Assembly (NCBI RefSeq): GCF_001194135.2
Contig: NC_068983.1
Span: 10,384,457-10,448,456 of the forward strand
Source: Octopus bimaculoides
Taxonomy: Eukaryota
Reading direction: 5' to 3'
DNA: 64,000 nucleotides
Both the position numbers and the translations under genes were made by a program. How positions within the stretch are numbered: position 1 is the stretch's first letter; each line of letters opens with the position of its first letter. Positions 1-13,295 of this stretch are shown here, piece after piece. The notes under the pieces were generated by a model. It did no database searches, was not told the DNA's origin, and saw only the letters and a program-made list of their open reading frames with translations.

Positions 1-373
1 GTCAGTTTTATGTGCTGTTCATTACTGGATTAATGTGTACCATTGTTTCTTCTTCCTCCAACCCTTGCTCTCCCCCCACTCCTGAAATCATTAAAAGGAT
101 ATTCTGAGTGAGGTGGTGTTGGTGGTACAGCAGCATTTTAAAGTTAATTCTCTAATAAATTAAAGAAATTTGGTGTACTGATGATTTTTTTTTTTTTTTA
201 ATATGGTTTTCATAACATTTGGCAGGTGAGAGATAAATATCTTCTTGGATAGAGCACTAGTCTACTCCAAGCCATTTTCTGCACAGCTTGGTCGTACTGA
301 TGAAATGTCAAATTAAATGTTCTGCCTAGAAACGCAATACCTGCTGCGAATTTGAACCCACAGTTCACTTGTG

Positions 374-760
374 AAGAGACCAAATGGTCTTACCTTCTGT
401 CCCTGGAGAGGTGCCACAGTGTGTGACTTCTTTGTTCTCTCCCACATCCTGGACCTGCGATAAATGGGGTGGGGTGGAGGCGGTACTGCTTCCGTAGCCG
501 AACGGAACAAGACCCTGAAGTATCAAGAGCTAGCAGTGAACTATCTCTTCCAGTTTGTGGCGTTTGAGATGTTTGGAGGGGAAGGGCCGTTAACGGCGAA
601 GTTCTGGTCATCGTTGGCAGCTCACCTTACTGAGGGGTCAGGTGATGCCTGTAAGGGTGCTTCGCCCAAAGTAATACCACGAACGTGTTGGCTTGTTTCA
701 GTAGGTTGCCTTGAACCTTGTAGTGTCTGACCAATTGAGGCACTTGCTGCTGCATTGATG
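374..760 (+). mobile_element. Decayed CRE-like non-LTR retrotransposon, restriction-like endonuclease (RLE) C-terminal region
   Basis: One frame reads KRPNGLTFCPWRG..CDF...*...ASVAERNKTLKYQELAVNYLFQFVAFEMFGGEGP. This resembles the RPDG/K..KY..L...Y.F.PVA.ET.G pattern of CRE-clade RLE domains. Contains an in-frame stop. Confidence 0.7.
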
Positions 761-765
761 TTATA

Positions 766-1000
766 CAGGCTGTTCAAAAAGTCTCTCCGCAGTGAATTCT
801 TTTCATCCTGCACATCACTATGGCGCTACTTCAAGAGTTTTTCGGTGAACGGATTATTTCAAAGGGACTTCGGCCACCAAGATCACCTGATTTAACACCG
901 CCAGACTTTTTTTTTCTGGAGAGCAAGTAAAGGATCAGTGTGCAAGAATCACCTGAAAACCATTAAATATTTACTGCGGAGAAACTTTATGAACACCCTG
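766..1000 (+). mobile_element. Non-autonomous Tc1/mariner deletion derivative (235 bp)
   Basis: 28-bp TIRs at 766-793 and 973-1000 with 3 mismatches; TA on both flanks (764-765, 1001-1002). Internal transposase remnant LQEFFGERIISKGLRPPRSPDLTPPDFF corresponds to the WPPRSPDL motif. Confidence 0.85.
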
Positions 1001-1894
1001 TATGTATGTATATATATATATATATAGATAGATAGAGAGAGAGAACTATCGTAAAATATATTCCTTTTCGCTGATTTATTGCAAATTGTAACAATTATTT
1101 TGTTCCTCCCGATATGTTCTGTAATCGTTTATTCACTACTCTCACAATCTAATACCTTATCCCTCATGATGTTATAACTCATCTGAGATAGATTATGCTT
1201 CCTATCATTTCACAATCATTATGATAAACACTAGTAATATATACAGGTCGAGTCAGCAGGCGATATCTTAAAGAAATTACATATAGTTCGGCCTCAATAT
1301 ATGATCGCTCGACTTGGTAGAAATACAACCAGATTAACCTGAAATAACGCCTTGCTGACCTAAAAGGAAAGGCACATTTGGATAATGTCGTAATTGACTG
1401 TTTGAAAAGTGTGGGGTGGGGTGGGGGAATGCCTGAGTGGACTGTTACTTTTAGATCGTATTTAATCACACATCTACCGAATAATTTCTGAACTGCCTAA
1501 AGCTGCCAGTAAAGGGAAATAAACTGTTTTAATGTTAAATTAACTCCCTTATCAAGCGATAGTAACACTTCAGAATATTTGATATTAATATAGGCGTAGG
1601 AGTGGCTGTGTGGTAAGTAGCTTGCTTAACAACCACATGGTTCCACGTTCAGTCCCACTGCGTGGCACCTTGGGCAAGTGTTTTCTCCTATAACCTGTAT
1701 GTAAACAGTGATGGCCAACTCTTTTATCTTTTACTTGTTTCAGTCATTGGACTGTGGCCATGCTGGGGTCTGCCTTGATGGGTTTAGTCAAACAAATCAA
1801 CCTAGTACTTATTAAGCCTGTATTTCATTGGTCTCTTCAGCTGAACTACACTGTTGCAGGGATATCAACAAACCAATGCCAGTTAAGCAATGGT

Positions 1895-1898
<4 letters not shown>

Positions 1899-1950
<52 letters not shown>
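1899..1950. repeat. (CA)n microsatellite; many other (TA)n, (CA)n, (GA)n and (GAT)n tracts occur throughout the window
   Basis: Seen directly. Confidence 0.95.
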
Positions 1951-1953
<3 letters not shown>

Positions 1954-3145
1954 ATACACATGACTGGCTTCTACCTTGTTTCTGTCTACCGAAAACATTT
2001 GGTACTGTAGTACAAATTTTGTCTATAGATCTTTAGCCATTATTGTATGTATAGTCAGAGGCAAACACCTGTTCCTGGGTATAACTTTAAACTGCATCCA
2101 GTAGTGGGGCCCTGGTTTAGGAGTTCCTGGGTTTTCAGGGGTGTGAAACCACCTCTTCATCAATATCGTTCCTAGGCCTAGTGGCAGACAAGGCTCTTCA
2201 GTTCTTAAGTTGCTCATGTAAGAGAGAGTAACTCAATACAGATCCTGTGTTCCGATAACTACTGAGCTCATGGTATTTGTTTTACCAGACTAATACAAGT
2301 TTGACAGACAAGAGAGTGGAACTGGCTCTGTAAAAACCATGCTCATGAAAATAATAAACTTCTGCTGCTTTGTGAGCTAATTTACTGAACCTTTTAAAAG
2401 GGCTAAGGGAGTAAACCCCTATAGAAAATCTGTAGGGAGGAACCCTAAGATAGATATGTGCAGACATACTTAACTATTGTTTGGCATCCTCTACAGCTCC
2501 ATTGTTGGTGCAAATGTATTGACTTGTCTTTCCTTTCTGGCATGTCTGTGAGTGGAAAGGTGATAAATGTACTTGGAGCCAGGTACTTGCTTCTGGAAAC
2601 ATCCCAGACACAGCAGAGATGGCTAAGTTACTGGTTCTGCAATACTGTCAACAAATGACAAAAAAGGCCAACCAAATACTTTGTCGGTGTATTTAGTATC
2701 TTCATAAACAGAAAAAGATAAATCAACCAGACTAGTTTCAATCTTTTGTTGAGATTTCAGCAGTAACTAAGAACCCTTGTTAATTGTTTCTAGTATCTAT
2801 GAAGATGGTGCCTATAAGGTTTCTCTTACTAAATGCTTAGTTAAATTGGACAGACCAATTTGCATGTATGAGTCACTCATAACAACTAATTTGAATTTTA
2901 AAAAATACTAGTTCATTAACAATGTTTTAAAACTGCACCGTACTTCAGAATATATCTATACGTTGTGAGCTATCGTTATGTTTAGACAGATGCAAATTCC
3001 TTGACTGTGTTGGTATAGAAGGCTATGGGTATGGCAGCATGATAAAAAGTTTACCTTTACAGTCACATGGTTCTGAGTTCAATCCTTTTGCATAGACTTT
3101 CAAGCAAGTGCCTTGAGTTGGCTAATTTCTTATGAGCAAGATTCT

Positions 3146-3365
3146 TATTTCTTTACTGCCCACAAAGGGGCTAAACATAGAGGGGACAAACAAGGGATTA
3201 AGTCGATTACATCAACCCCAGTGTGTAACTGGTACTTAATTTATCGACCCCAAAAGGATGAAAGGCAAAGTCGACCTCAGCGGAATTTGAACTCAGGACG
3301 TAGCGGCAGACGAAATACCGCTAAGCATTTCGCCCGGCGTGCTAACATTTCTGCCAGCTCACCGC
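3146..3365 (-). mobile_element. tRNA-derived SINE family C; other copies ~21023-21255(+), 24900-25075(-), 31270-31480(-), 38850-39065(-), 48930-49120(-), 55335-55552(-), 63175-63370(+)
   Basis: Head with a B-box-like GAGTTCAAATTCC, body gtcgac..ggggtcgat, aaagaaataagaa tail. 17-bp TSD cttatgagcaagattct at 3129-3145 and 3366-3382. Confidence 0.85.
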
Positions 3366-3961
3366 CTTATGAGCAAGATTCTGTGGATGAAAATTGTACA
3401 GAAGTCTGTATGTATGTGTTTATTTGTGTGTGTTAGTGAAAAATGTAGACAGCTATAAAATTGGTAAAATGATGCTTTCAAACAAATATATCTTGTAGTT
3501 ATTACTCTAGAGTTACACAGGCATTCTGTGGTCGTTATTGCCATTGTAAAGCCAGCAAATTAGTGATTGACATGTTGGAAATTTGTAAATAACACTATTG
3601 TCTACAAAGTGCTTGATATAAAATGTGTGTGTCTATATGTACAAACAAAACAAAACCTGCATTCAATACGTTTAGTTTATATGTAAACAGTTAATGATAC
3701 ATTTGTTTTTTTACTGTATATTAGTATCACACATACACATAAAATATACATGTGATCTTGTGAGCCATCTCAGATTTCACATACATAATATGTATACGTA
3801 AGTTAATCACTAACCGTTTACTTGTGTCAGTTTGTGTTTATGTGTAGTTACAGACATCGCTGTGTGGTTAAGATTTTTACTTTACAACCACATAGCTTTG
3901 AGTTCTTGCCTGCTATGCAGCACCTTGGGCAACTGTCTTCTATAGCTCTAGACTGTCCAAT

Positions 3962-4520
3962 ACTATGTTGCTTCTTAAATCCAACTTTTCTCTCAGGGCG
4001 CTTACACTCTGTTGTGTATGCACAGTGACATTACACATTCAGCGAAGCATACTGGCTTCATTCCTTACAAGCTTACACATGTCCTCAGCAGTCACGGCCC
4101 ATGTTTTACTGCCATGTAGCATGGCTGTTCGTACACATGCGTCATACAGTCTACCTTTTGCTCTGAGTGAGAGGCCCTCTCTCACCAGCAGAGGTAGGAG
4201 CTCTCTGAACTTTGCCCAGGCTATTCTTATTCTAGCAGCTACACTTTCAGAGCATCCACCCCTGCTACTGACTTGGTTCCCTAGGTAATGGAAGCTATTA
4301 ACTACTTCTAGTTTTTCTCCCTGGAATGTGACAGAAGCTGCTCTCTGCACATTTTTAGTGTTTATAGCACCTGAGCATTTGCCACATACAGAAACTATTT
4401 TCCCAGTTAGTCTTCCTATGATATTGCTGCACCTCTTATGTGTCCATAGCTTACACTGGGTACATCTTATGAAGGTTCTACCTACGCTTTTTCTACAGAT
4501 CAAGCAGGGCCTTAAGTTCA
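3962..4520 (-). mobile_element. RTE-clade LINE fragment (3' part of RT with PHD-like finger)
   Basis: ORF 4039..4521: CLICRK..RCTQCKLWTHKRC..CGKC..LEVVNSFHYLG..RIRIAWAKFREL..YDACVRTAMLHGS; homologous to 35282-36182. Confidence 0.88.
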
Positions 4521-6607
4521 CTTTTCTTGAAGCTGGTGTTTGAATCTTAACAGAATGATTCTTATGTAAATTATGATGAAAGAGTTAGTTTCAAAATTGT
4601 TTTTAAAGCAGCCCCTCTTTTCCTGGTTGATTTTGTCAAATTTTTCTTGGCACGTGACTTTTTTAATCCATAGTGCAATTCCTTGAAAACCACTTTATAC
4701 AGTATGATCATATGAATCAAAATTAAATAAGGATTAAGGCTGTTTTTATTTCCACGTGGGTCACATTAAGAAAATGGAAGATTTTCCCTCCGAAAGCTAT
4801 AAAGAAAGATGCTGATATTTTTAACCAACGAAATCATTTTATTTTAAAGTCCAGTGTGACATACAACTTAGAATATTAAACCAGTGTTATATTCTTCATA
4901 CTATTTAGTTTGTGAATCCCAATAAAACTGCTTCCCTCTGTGAACGTGTTATACTTAGTAATAAGAAGTAGATTTTTTTTTATTCCAGGAGCAAATAGTG
5001 TGTACTCATAATCTACGTCATTTTATTGATATACTTTGATCATTACCCCAGAATACAATCTGTGTTGAGTCACCACTCTATTATATGATCAGTTATGAAA
5101 TCAATAAACATTTCATTCTTGTTCCACAAGCATTAAACACCAAAAAACAAATATCATTTCAATTATGTTATTTTGAGAGGATGGTGGAGGGGTAAATTAA
5201 AACCATTTTATTCCAGTAACTATTTGTTCCATGGATTTTTATCCCAGATCTTGTTAGGTTTTGTTGTATTTTTTCTATTTTAATTGAAGCAATAATTTTC
5301 TTTTTTTTTTTTTTTTTTTTTTTTTTTTATTCATTGGTATTGATTATCTGTCGAGTTGTTGCTTGTTCTTGATTAAGTGGTGATGTATTTTTATGGTTTG
5401 TTGTTTACTTAGAGAGGAAACAGCTGTCAGCCTTTCCAATGTACAACTTCTCGAAATAAGACTGTTAATAGTTTATTTCTGGAATAATATTCAATTTTTA
5501 CTCTTGTTTATTTGACTCACGGGAGTTTTTCTGTTTGGTATTCATGGTAGAATATATAAGCAAGTCCTGGGTATTCCTCTGAAAGTGGAAGCTTTTGATA
5601 GAGCAAAACACTACAACTTTCCAATATTACTCAGTTCTTACTAAGTGAATATTAAAACTTTAAACATCGTTTAAATCTAAAGATTTGATTTTCATTAAAG
5701 CTATTTCTCTTCACTTCTTCTGTCATTTTTCTGAAGGTAGTCTTGGATATTGCAAGTTACACTCTTATGCTTCAATAAAATCTATGGCCTTGTGACTTGA
5801 GTAAAAAAAATCATTATTACTCATATTTACATCAGTTACCACTACTCCGTAGAGTACACACAGTGTAGGTTGTTGCCAGCGAGAAGTTAGTCAATGTGTT
5901 TGATAAATAACAATAATATTGTAAACTGGAGTAGTGCAATGGCTGTGAGGTTATGATACAGGATTACTGTTGACAACATTGTTACCAGTTCAAATTATTA
6001 TTATTGTAATCTTTGAATGTTGTCAACGTCCACAAGAGCAACATACATAATTGTGCTTCAAAAACAACCTGCTAGAAATAGCATCCAAACCGCTTTCAAA
6101 TCATACCCTGGTGTCTTGGATATTTTGTTGTACCAAATACACTATATGGTCGAAAGACTTCAGGATCACATACCTCTCTGATCAAGGCTTATTTGGGGCT
6201 AGTAAACTGCTGCTTATTTCAGTTTGACTGGCTGACAAAGGGGTTCAATTCCTACACCAACCAAGTTTTTATGTTGAATGACATGCATGTATAAATAAAA
6301 TATACCCTATCAATATTCAGATTTACAGAACTCACACCACATATACTAGAATAAGAAATAGTTCTTCAAAAATATACCTAAAATATTATAACAACTGTTA
6401 TTCTTCAATGAAAGTACTGTCATTAAACCCAAGATTAAGTTTGATTTAGCTGACTATTTACTTTTGATTGTATAAATGAGTCAATTTCATAGTGTATTTT
6501 CATATATGCTTCTCATTTTAGTCAATCTTTTTAGCTCGATTCCTTCTATCTACAAGATGCTGTATAGAATTTTAACAACTCAGTTTTCTTGATGTGTCTA
6601 GTCATGC

Positions 6608-6638
<31 letters not shown>

Positions 6639-8796
6639 TTATTTATTTCTTCTGTTTTTGCTAGTATTTAGAAATTTCATAATCTCTTACATAACATATT
6701 CTTTGAAGTTGTTCAAGTAGAATTTTTTTCCCTTTCATAAAACTTTATAAGTTTCGCTGTTACCTCATCTAGAAATTATCTTTACTGTGTATATGAAAAT
6801 CTATTCTTGACGTTTTCACAGTGACCATGTTGCTTCCAATCAACTCTGATTTAGTGTTACCAGGTAGTCAGCAGAACAATAAGGTGCAAGCTGCAAATCT
6901 TTTGTTTCTGATAAAACATTCCTCTGTTGGGGGAGGGTCATTTAATTAACATGTTTAATCTGCAACAATGAACTGCCTAATGCCTAATCCCCATGAGCTT
7001 TTTTTTTACCTTGCTATCTTAAAATTTTTTTTTCTTTTTTTGATTAACTTAGGTCACCTGTCTCAGAGGTGGTGGTGGTGGTGGGAGGGGGCTCTAGCAA
7101 AGTAGTCTCTGTTGCAAGCATTTTAACTAAGTCTCTTCTTTCCACCAGTTTGAAAAACTGTAAATAAAAAACAATTGTTTTAAAATATGTGCTCTGCCCA
7201 GATCTTAACCTCTTATGTTGGAATCTAAGTTATGGTCATTGATATATGTACTAGTAACATAGGAGTCACTCTTTGCTGTCTGATAGGTCACAGTAATCTT
7301 TTAAAGATTGTTGCAGTATTAATAGAAGTTATCAGTAAGAGGAACCATAAGAATTGAACAGTTTCTATAGTTGTTTAGCCCTAGTCAGCTCAGATCAAAG
7401 GCATTCAAGCATGTCCATTCCATCTTTTTTCCAATGTGTAGAGAACTTAAGACCACATTATCTAACAGGTTTTTTTCTAAGAAGGTGGAGTATTATAAGG
7501 CGATCTAACAACTATTTCTTGCAAGTCAAGCAACTGCATATAGGCTCCCACATTGGCTGATGCTTTTACAGTTTAATAAGATTTGTGGGTCTTAGCTAGA
7601 ATATATATCATCATCATCATCATCGTTTAACGTCTGCTTTCCATGCTGGCATGGGTTGGATGGTTTGACTGAGGACTGGTGAGCCAGATGGCTACAGCTG
7701 GATGCTCTTCCTAATGCTAACCACTCCAAGAGTGTAGTGGGTGCTTTTATGTGCCACTGGCATGAGGGCCAGTCAGGCGGTTCTGGCTTGTTGGGTCTTC
7801 TTAAGCACAGCATATCTCCAAAGGTCCCGGTCACTAGTCTTTGCCTCAGTAAGGCCCAATATTCAAAGGTCGTGCTTCACCACCTCATCCCAGGTTTTCC
7901 TGGGTCTGCCTCTTCCACAGGTTCCCTCAACTGCTAGAGTGTGACACTTTTTCACACAGTTGTCCTCATTTATTTGCAACACATGACCATACCAGTGCAG
8001 TCATCTCTCTTGCACACCACATCTGATGCTTCTTAAATCCAACTATATATATAGTGATGCTCTCATCACAGCTCACCCACTTGATAATTAAAATATATAA
8101 CTTGTAATCGAGAAATATTGGTGACTTTAGAATTACTTCCATCCTCCAAAGGAAAAGCAGGTTATATTGTATCTCTTACACATTTTCCAGGAAAATATTA
8201 AACTGCACTGGGGAGAGGAAACCAACTTGACAAACTCCTGAAGTTTCTGTTATTTAGGTTTAGTGTGTGGGATTTCAATATTGATTTTAAAAACGTCAGT
8301 GATTCAAATAGTGCAGTCTTGCATGAAAGTTGAACAGTGGGTCAGAGAATATGAACCCTGTGAATAATAAAAATCTCTAAATAGATGCAGAGGAAATATT
8401 TCATTAAAAATACACCACCTAGAAATGACTAATAGAAATATTGGTTGGAAGGTAGTGTAGATACAACTAAAAGATATTAATATGATTTCTTGAATCCCTT
8501 TTTTTTTTTTTTTTGATATCGCAGTAGGGTCATTATGCCAATAATAAACACATGCACAGGTTCTATTTCAGTTCTCTGTTTTTATTTGTCAATTGGTTAA
8601 ATGACCCTCCCAAGATATCACAAAATAGGTTTCAATGCACAAGTCCACATCAAAAATTTTGCAAACCAAATACCAAAATAAAATATTCTTGTATACCATA
8701 TTTCAGAAGTTCTAGCGTGTCTGTGTATTAATTTTATGAAAATTTGTATTTGTTTTTTTTTTTTTCTGCTTTAACTTAGTTTGTATTTAATTCTAG

Positions 8797-9446
8797 TTAT
8801 ATGGTAGATGCCGCTGACCTGGAGAAGACGGAGGCATCAAGAAATGAGTTGCATAATTTACTAGACAAGCCACAGTTACAGGGTATTCCTGTGTTGGTGT
8901 TGGGAAACAAACGAGACTTGCCCAGAGCCCTAGATGAGAAAGATCTTATTGAAAAAATGTAAGTGAATTACCGTCATTGTTTTAAAAGACTGTTTATTCT
9001 TGATGACAGCAATTATCATACAACCTTAATCTATGTTCTCTCAGCTCAAATACTCTAGAGTAAAATCTATTTCATTCAGATCTTTTGTTGCTTTCTTTTC
9101 ATCTGCTGTGCATCATTCATTACTTACCTCCTCTCTATGTATAGTTTGTTTACCTTATTAACTTCTTCAGTTCTCATTCACATCTTGACCCAAACCCAAC
9201 ATTTCTACTAGGTGTATATTGTATATCCAATGGTTCATACCCAACTTGTTTCTCTTCAATCATGTACATCATAGGCGCAGGAGTGGCTGTGTGGTAAGTA
9301 GCTTGCTTACCAACCACATGGTTCCAGGTTCGGTCCCACTGAGTGGCACCTTGGGCAAGTGTCTTCTACTATAGCCTCAGGCCGACCAAAGCCTTGTGAG
9401 TGGATTTGGTAGACGGAAACTGAAAGAAGCCTGCTGTATATATGTT

Positions 9447-9495
<49 letters not shown>

Positions 9496-12408
9496 TTGTG
9501 TGTCTGTGTTTGTCCCGCTAGCATTGCTTGACAACCGATGCTGGTGTGTTTACGTCCCCGTAACTTAACGGTTCGGTAAAAAGAGACCGATAGAATAAGT
9601 ACTAGACTTACAAAGAATAAGTCCCGGGGTCGATTTGCTCGACTAAAGGCGGTGCTCCAGCATGGCCAGTCAAATGACTGAAACAAGTAAAGAGAGTAAA
9701 GAGTATCCATTAAATTTATTGTCTGTGTTTCATTATCATACAATGTAAAGCCTGTCATTTTTTGTTTAGTTTACCAGTTTACCAAAGAGAATATCTATGT
9801 TGTTAGATATTAGCATCCCATTGAACTCATTTTGGCTCCAAGCTCTAACTACTACTTGTACTATTTTATAGTTCCACTCCCAATTTATAAGTGTGTCATG
9901 TGACTTTACAAAACTTATCTGCATCTTCCAGCAAGTCTTTCAAGTAATTTCTGGCTGCCTATCTTATTAACTACACCAGAACATCGAGTACAACTTCACT
10001 TTTTTTTTTTATCCTTTTTGGACATGGCCATGTGGTTAGATGTTTGTTTCTCAGTCACATGGTTTCAGGTTTAATCCCACTAGGCAGCATGTGGACAAGT
10101 GTCTCCTACAAAGCCTTGTGAATAAAATGTAGTAGATAAGAAATGGAAACTGTGTGGAATCGTATTTGTTGGACTTGTTTCTGGTAAGGCAACTGCAGGA
10201 GAAATATCTAGCCAAAGATGAACCTCTGTACTTGGCTTTTGTTGACTTGGAGAAAGCCTTTGACAGGGTCCCCAGATTCCTTATCTGATGGTCAATGTGA
10301 AAACTGGAGATAGACGAGTGGTTGGTAAGAGCTGTACAAGCCATGTCCAGGAAATAGAGGTAAATAGAGGCAGAGAGAATTCTTCAGTTTTGTTGGAAGT
10401 TTGAATAAAATAAACCCAGTTGTGGCTATAGAGTGGCTGGTCATTCCAAAATAGCAACAAAGTACCTCTAAGACTAGTAAGATGTTAAGGTGTTCTGAGA
10501 GCCTTTCACACTAGCAGGAAAAAATGAATGAATTTAAAAGTATAATAATGAATATTGTGATCTTCAGAACATTTCGTGATGTTTCTGTTATTTCCAAGTA
10601 TATTGTTTAAAAAAAAAAAACCGTTTTTTAAAATAATCTATATCTATTTCACTTGACTAATTTTGTTTTCTGTTCTGTTCTTAGGAATTTATCTGCTATT
10701 CAGGATAGAGAAATTTGTTGCTATTCCATATCATGTAAAGAAAAAGAAAACATAGGTAAGTAATACCTTTTGATATGTCTCATAGACTTCAGAAACGTCC
10801 CGTTTTACTATTGTTTCAGTTGTTGACAATTCTAAGTAGTTGCAAGAATTTTATCTTTTGTCGTCTGTGTTAACATTGCCGTAAGAATATATTGCATAAT
10901 GCTGGCTGATTGAAGGTTTGAGTTTGATCAAAGTGCTGCTTCCCTGATACTCTAAACCTGTCTTTTCCAATGTGGTTCAAAGTGTTATTCCTCAGGTACT
11001 CCAGACTTGTGTTATGCAATGTATGCTTAAGACACTTGTTTCCAAACTATATGAGTTCAATTTCAGTCCCATCTTGTAGCACACTTGAGCAAGTGTCTTC
11101 TACTATATAGCCCCAAACCAACCAAATCCTTGTGAGTAGATTTAATAGAAGGAAACTGAAAGAAGCTCATAATGTCCCATTTTGTAGCACACTTGAGCAA
11201 GTGTCTTCTACTATATAGCCTCAAACCAACCAAAGCCTTGTGAGTAGATTTAATAGAAGGAAACTGAAAGAAGCTCATAATGTGTGTGTGTTCCTTTTTG
11301 GCATCTTAAACCAGCGTCAATACCATGCAAGCAATGTTGTTCGTTTCTAATCATTTGTGAAAAAAATGTCTGGTCATGGGGGTAATTTTACTTTGTTTGG
11401 GAACCGGTGAGGGTTGGTGACAGGAGGAGCATCTGGCTGTAGAAAATTCATCTCAGCAAATTTCGTCTGATACATACAAGCATGAAAAAATTAGGCAGTA
11501 AATGATTATATATATATATATATGTTGCCAGTGCCCCTGGACTGGCTTGTGCGGGTGGCACATAAAAGACACCATTTCGAGCGTGGCCGTTTTCATGCGG
11601 GTGACACGTAAAAGCACCCACTACACTCTCTGAGTGGTTGGCGTTAGGAAGGGCATCCAGCTGTAGAAACTCTGCCAAATCAGACTGGAGCCTGGTGTTG
11701 CCATCCGGTTTCACCAGTCCTCAGTCAAATCGTCCAACCCATGCTAGCATGGAAAGCGGACGTTAAACGATGATGATGATGATGATATATGTATGTATAA
11801 TATGCTCACACACACAGATCTATATGGTGGTCTTTCACATGGCTTCAATCAACCAAATTCCACTCAACAGCTTAGCTTGTTACTAAGGAAACAAGACAGC
11901 AAAGTGAGATTTACAGTCAAGTGTATAACAATGGCTTTTGGTTAGCTAAAATTACCTAACATTTGTAAACTTTAACAGCTGTTAACATTTTATTTATAAA
12001 TTTATGGCAAAAATGAGTTTCCTTTTCATAATACGCTCTGGGGTCGATTTGCTTGACTAAAGGCGGTGCTCCAGCATGGCTGCAGTCAAATGACTGAAAC
12101 AAGTAAAAGATGAAAGATGATTAGCATACATAACTAAATCAATATAGCCAAATTTGAAAACAACTGGATTAAAATTGCAAAAATATAAAGTCTGTGACTA
12201 CAACCAAAAAGATTCTAATACATTAATCTCATAGTCACTGTACCTCTAGTAATTAAATGTTCAATTATAATTTTATATTATTAACAGTAAACCCATCTCA
12301 GAGTCCTTCTTCCAAATGAAATTCACTCATTCTATTGTTTCTTCTCTTTCAGATATAACTTTGCAATGGTTGGTGCAACATTCAAAATCTGGTGGGCGAT
12401 TAGGCTGA
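8797..12408 (+). CDS. ARL8: ADP-ribosylation factor-like GTPase 8 (ARL8A/B ortholog), last three coding exons: 8797-8958, 10685-10755, 12353-12408; 5' exons lie upstream of the window
   Basis: All exons are AG/GT bounded with matching phases. Joined translation: (V)[95 protein letters not shown]. It contains the G4 NKRD motif and is near-identical to the ARL8 C-terminal half as recalled. Confidence 0.96.
9274..9704 (+). mobile_element. tRNA-derived SINE family A, full length with central (TA)/(TG) microsatellite; other copies ~1593-1830, 19353-19738(-), 24010-24243(-), 43733-44105(+), 44620-44785(-), 49182-49613(-), 56060-56275(+), 62484-62886(+), plus many fragments
   Basis: Near-identical dispersed copies begin ggcgcaggagtggctgtgtggtaag (A/B-box-like) and end aaacaagtaaaagagtaaaagagt. 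The copy at 49182-49613 has a 16-bp TSD aatagatgttattttt. Confidence 0.9.
10185..10350 (+). mobile_element. Short RTE LINE RT fragment
   Basis: Reads [31 protein letters not shown]; homologous to 59950-60160. Confidence 0.8.
11525..11787 (+). mobile_element. RTE-tail repeat family B (LINE 3' UTR or derived SINE, ends in (GAT)n); other copies ~7608-7960(-), 20808-20975(-), 21595-21765(+), 26790-27055(-), 30290-30683(+), 31528-31945(-), 33585-33900(+), 36183-36358(+), 42175-42340(-), 47968-48550(-), 59260-59425(-)
   Basis: Shared core ttaggaagggcatccagctgtagaaactctgcc...catgctagcatggaaagcggacgttaaacgatgatg. It is joined directly to RTE coding sequence at 36182 and 7920. Confidence 0.88.
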
Positions 12409-13255
12409 TGTGTGTACAGTACACTGATTTATCTATTTGAGAGATTTGCTAATGACACCTCCACCACTTCTACCAAAATTCATCATCATACAGACACCTG
12501 TGCTCAACATTTTTCACTTTGGTTGTTGTTGTTGTTTTCTCACTTTCCCCCCTCTCTCTCTTTTTACAAACAGCTGCTATTTTTAGTTGCAACTAACGAA
12601 AGGTCAGTTAACTTCTTCAAATATTATTAAATGTAAAACCAAGTAACACATCTTCACAAACACACACGTGTGTGTTTGTGTGTGTATGTAAGTATGTATA
12701 TNNNNNNNNNNTTCCTTCTCTTTTCATTTGTCTACAGGTTCAGTTTGTCAACCTGAAACAGCTTATTTTAATTAATTAATATTCTTCATTACCTAAACAG
12801 TGGCTGTCTTGTAATTCACTAAATTATATTACTCAAAATTCATTACTCTCCTCCTTGCTCCAAATATAGGTAGATATTGGTAATGTTAGTTAGACACCTT
12901 AATAATTAATGAAAAACAAACTATATATAATCTTATACAAATAGGGAAAATATACATAATACATGTAGCTGATGATTCATTCCATTGCATCTTTGTTCCT
13001 TGCCTTTGTGGTCACTTGACGAACACATGGAAACAAGAAACTCTGAGTAGTACCTAGATGTATCATCAGCTAAAAATGAACTACAAACAAACACTTCACC
13101 AACACACTAATTTAGAAATGCAAATTAGAAAGACTTCTCTCTAAGTATAGCAGAGCTACATTGTTTCATGTGCAGCATTCACTCAGACAGCATGAAAGAG
13201 CAAGACTTGCATGAAACACCAAGTAGCGAAATTTATACAAAAACATGTACACACA

Positions 13256-13295
<40 letters not shown>

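Noticed and set aside
313-510. Minus ORF containing RSRMWER, resembling ARL8 RSMWER
   Set aside because: Wrong strand for ARL8 and no other similarity; it is antisense to the CRE-like relic.
2023-2700. GC-richer stretch with short ORFs, possibly a decayed retroelement
   Set aside because: No diagnostic motif recognised, so it cannot be classified without a search.
1-8796. Upstream ARL8 exons (WDIGGQ / GKTT motifs)
   Set aside because: Not found by eye in this interval; presumed upstream of the window.
9274-9350. tRNA genes at SINE heads
   Set aside because: They have A/B boxes but no complete cloverleaf, and are continuous with SINE bodies.
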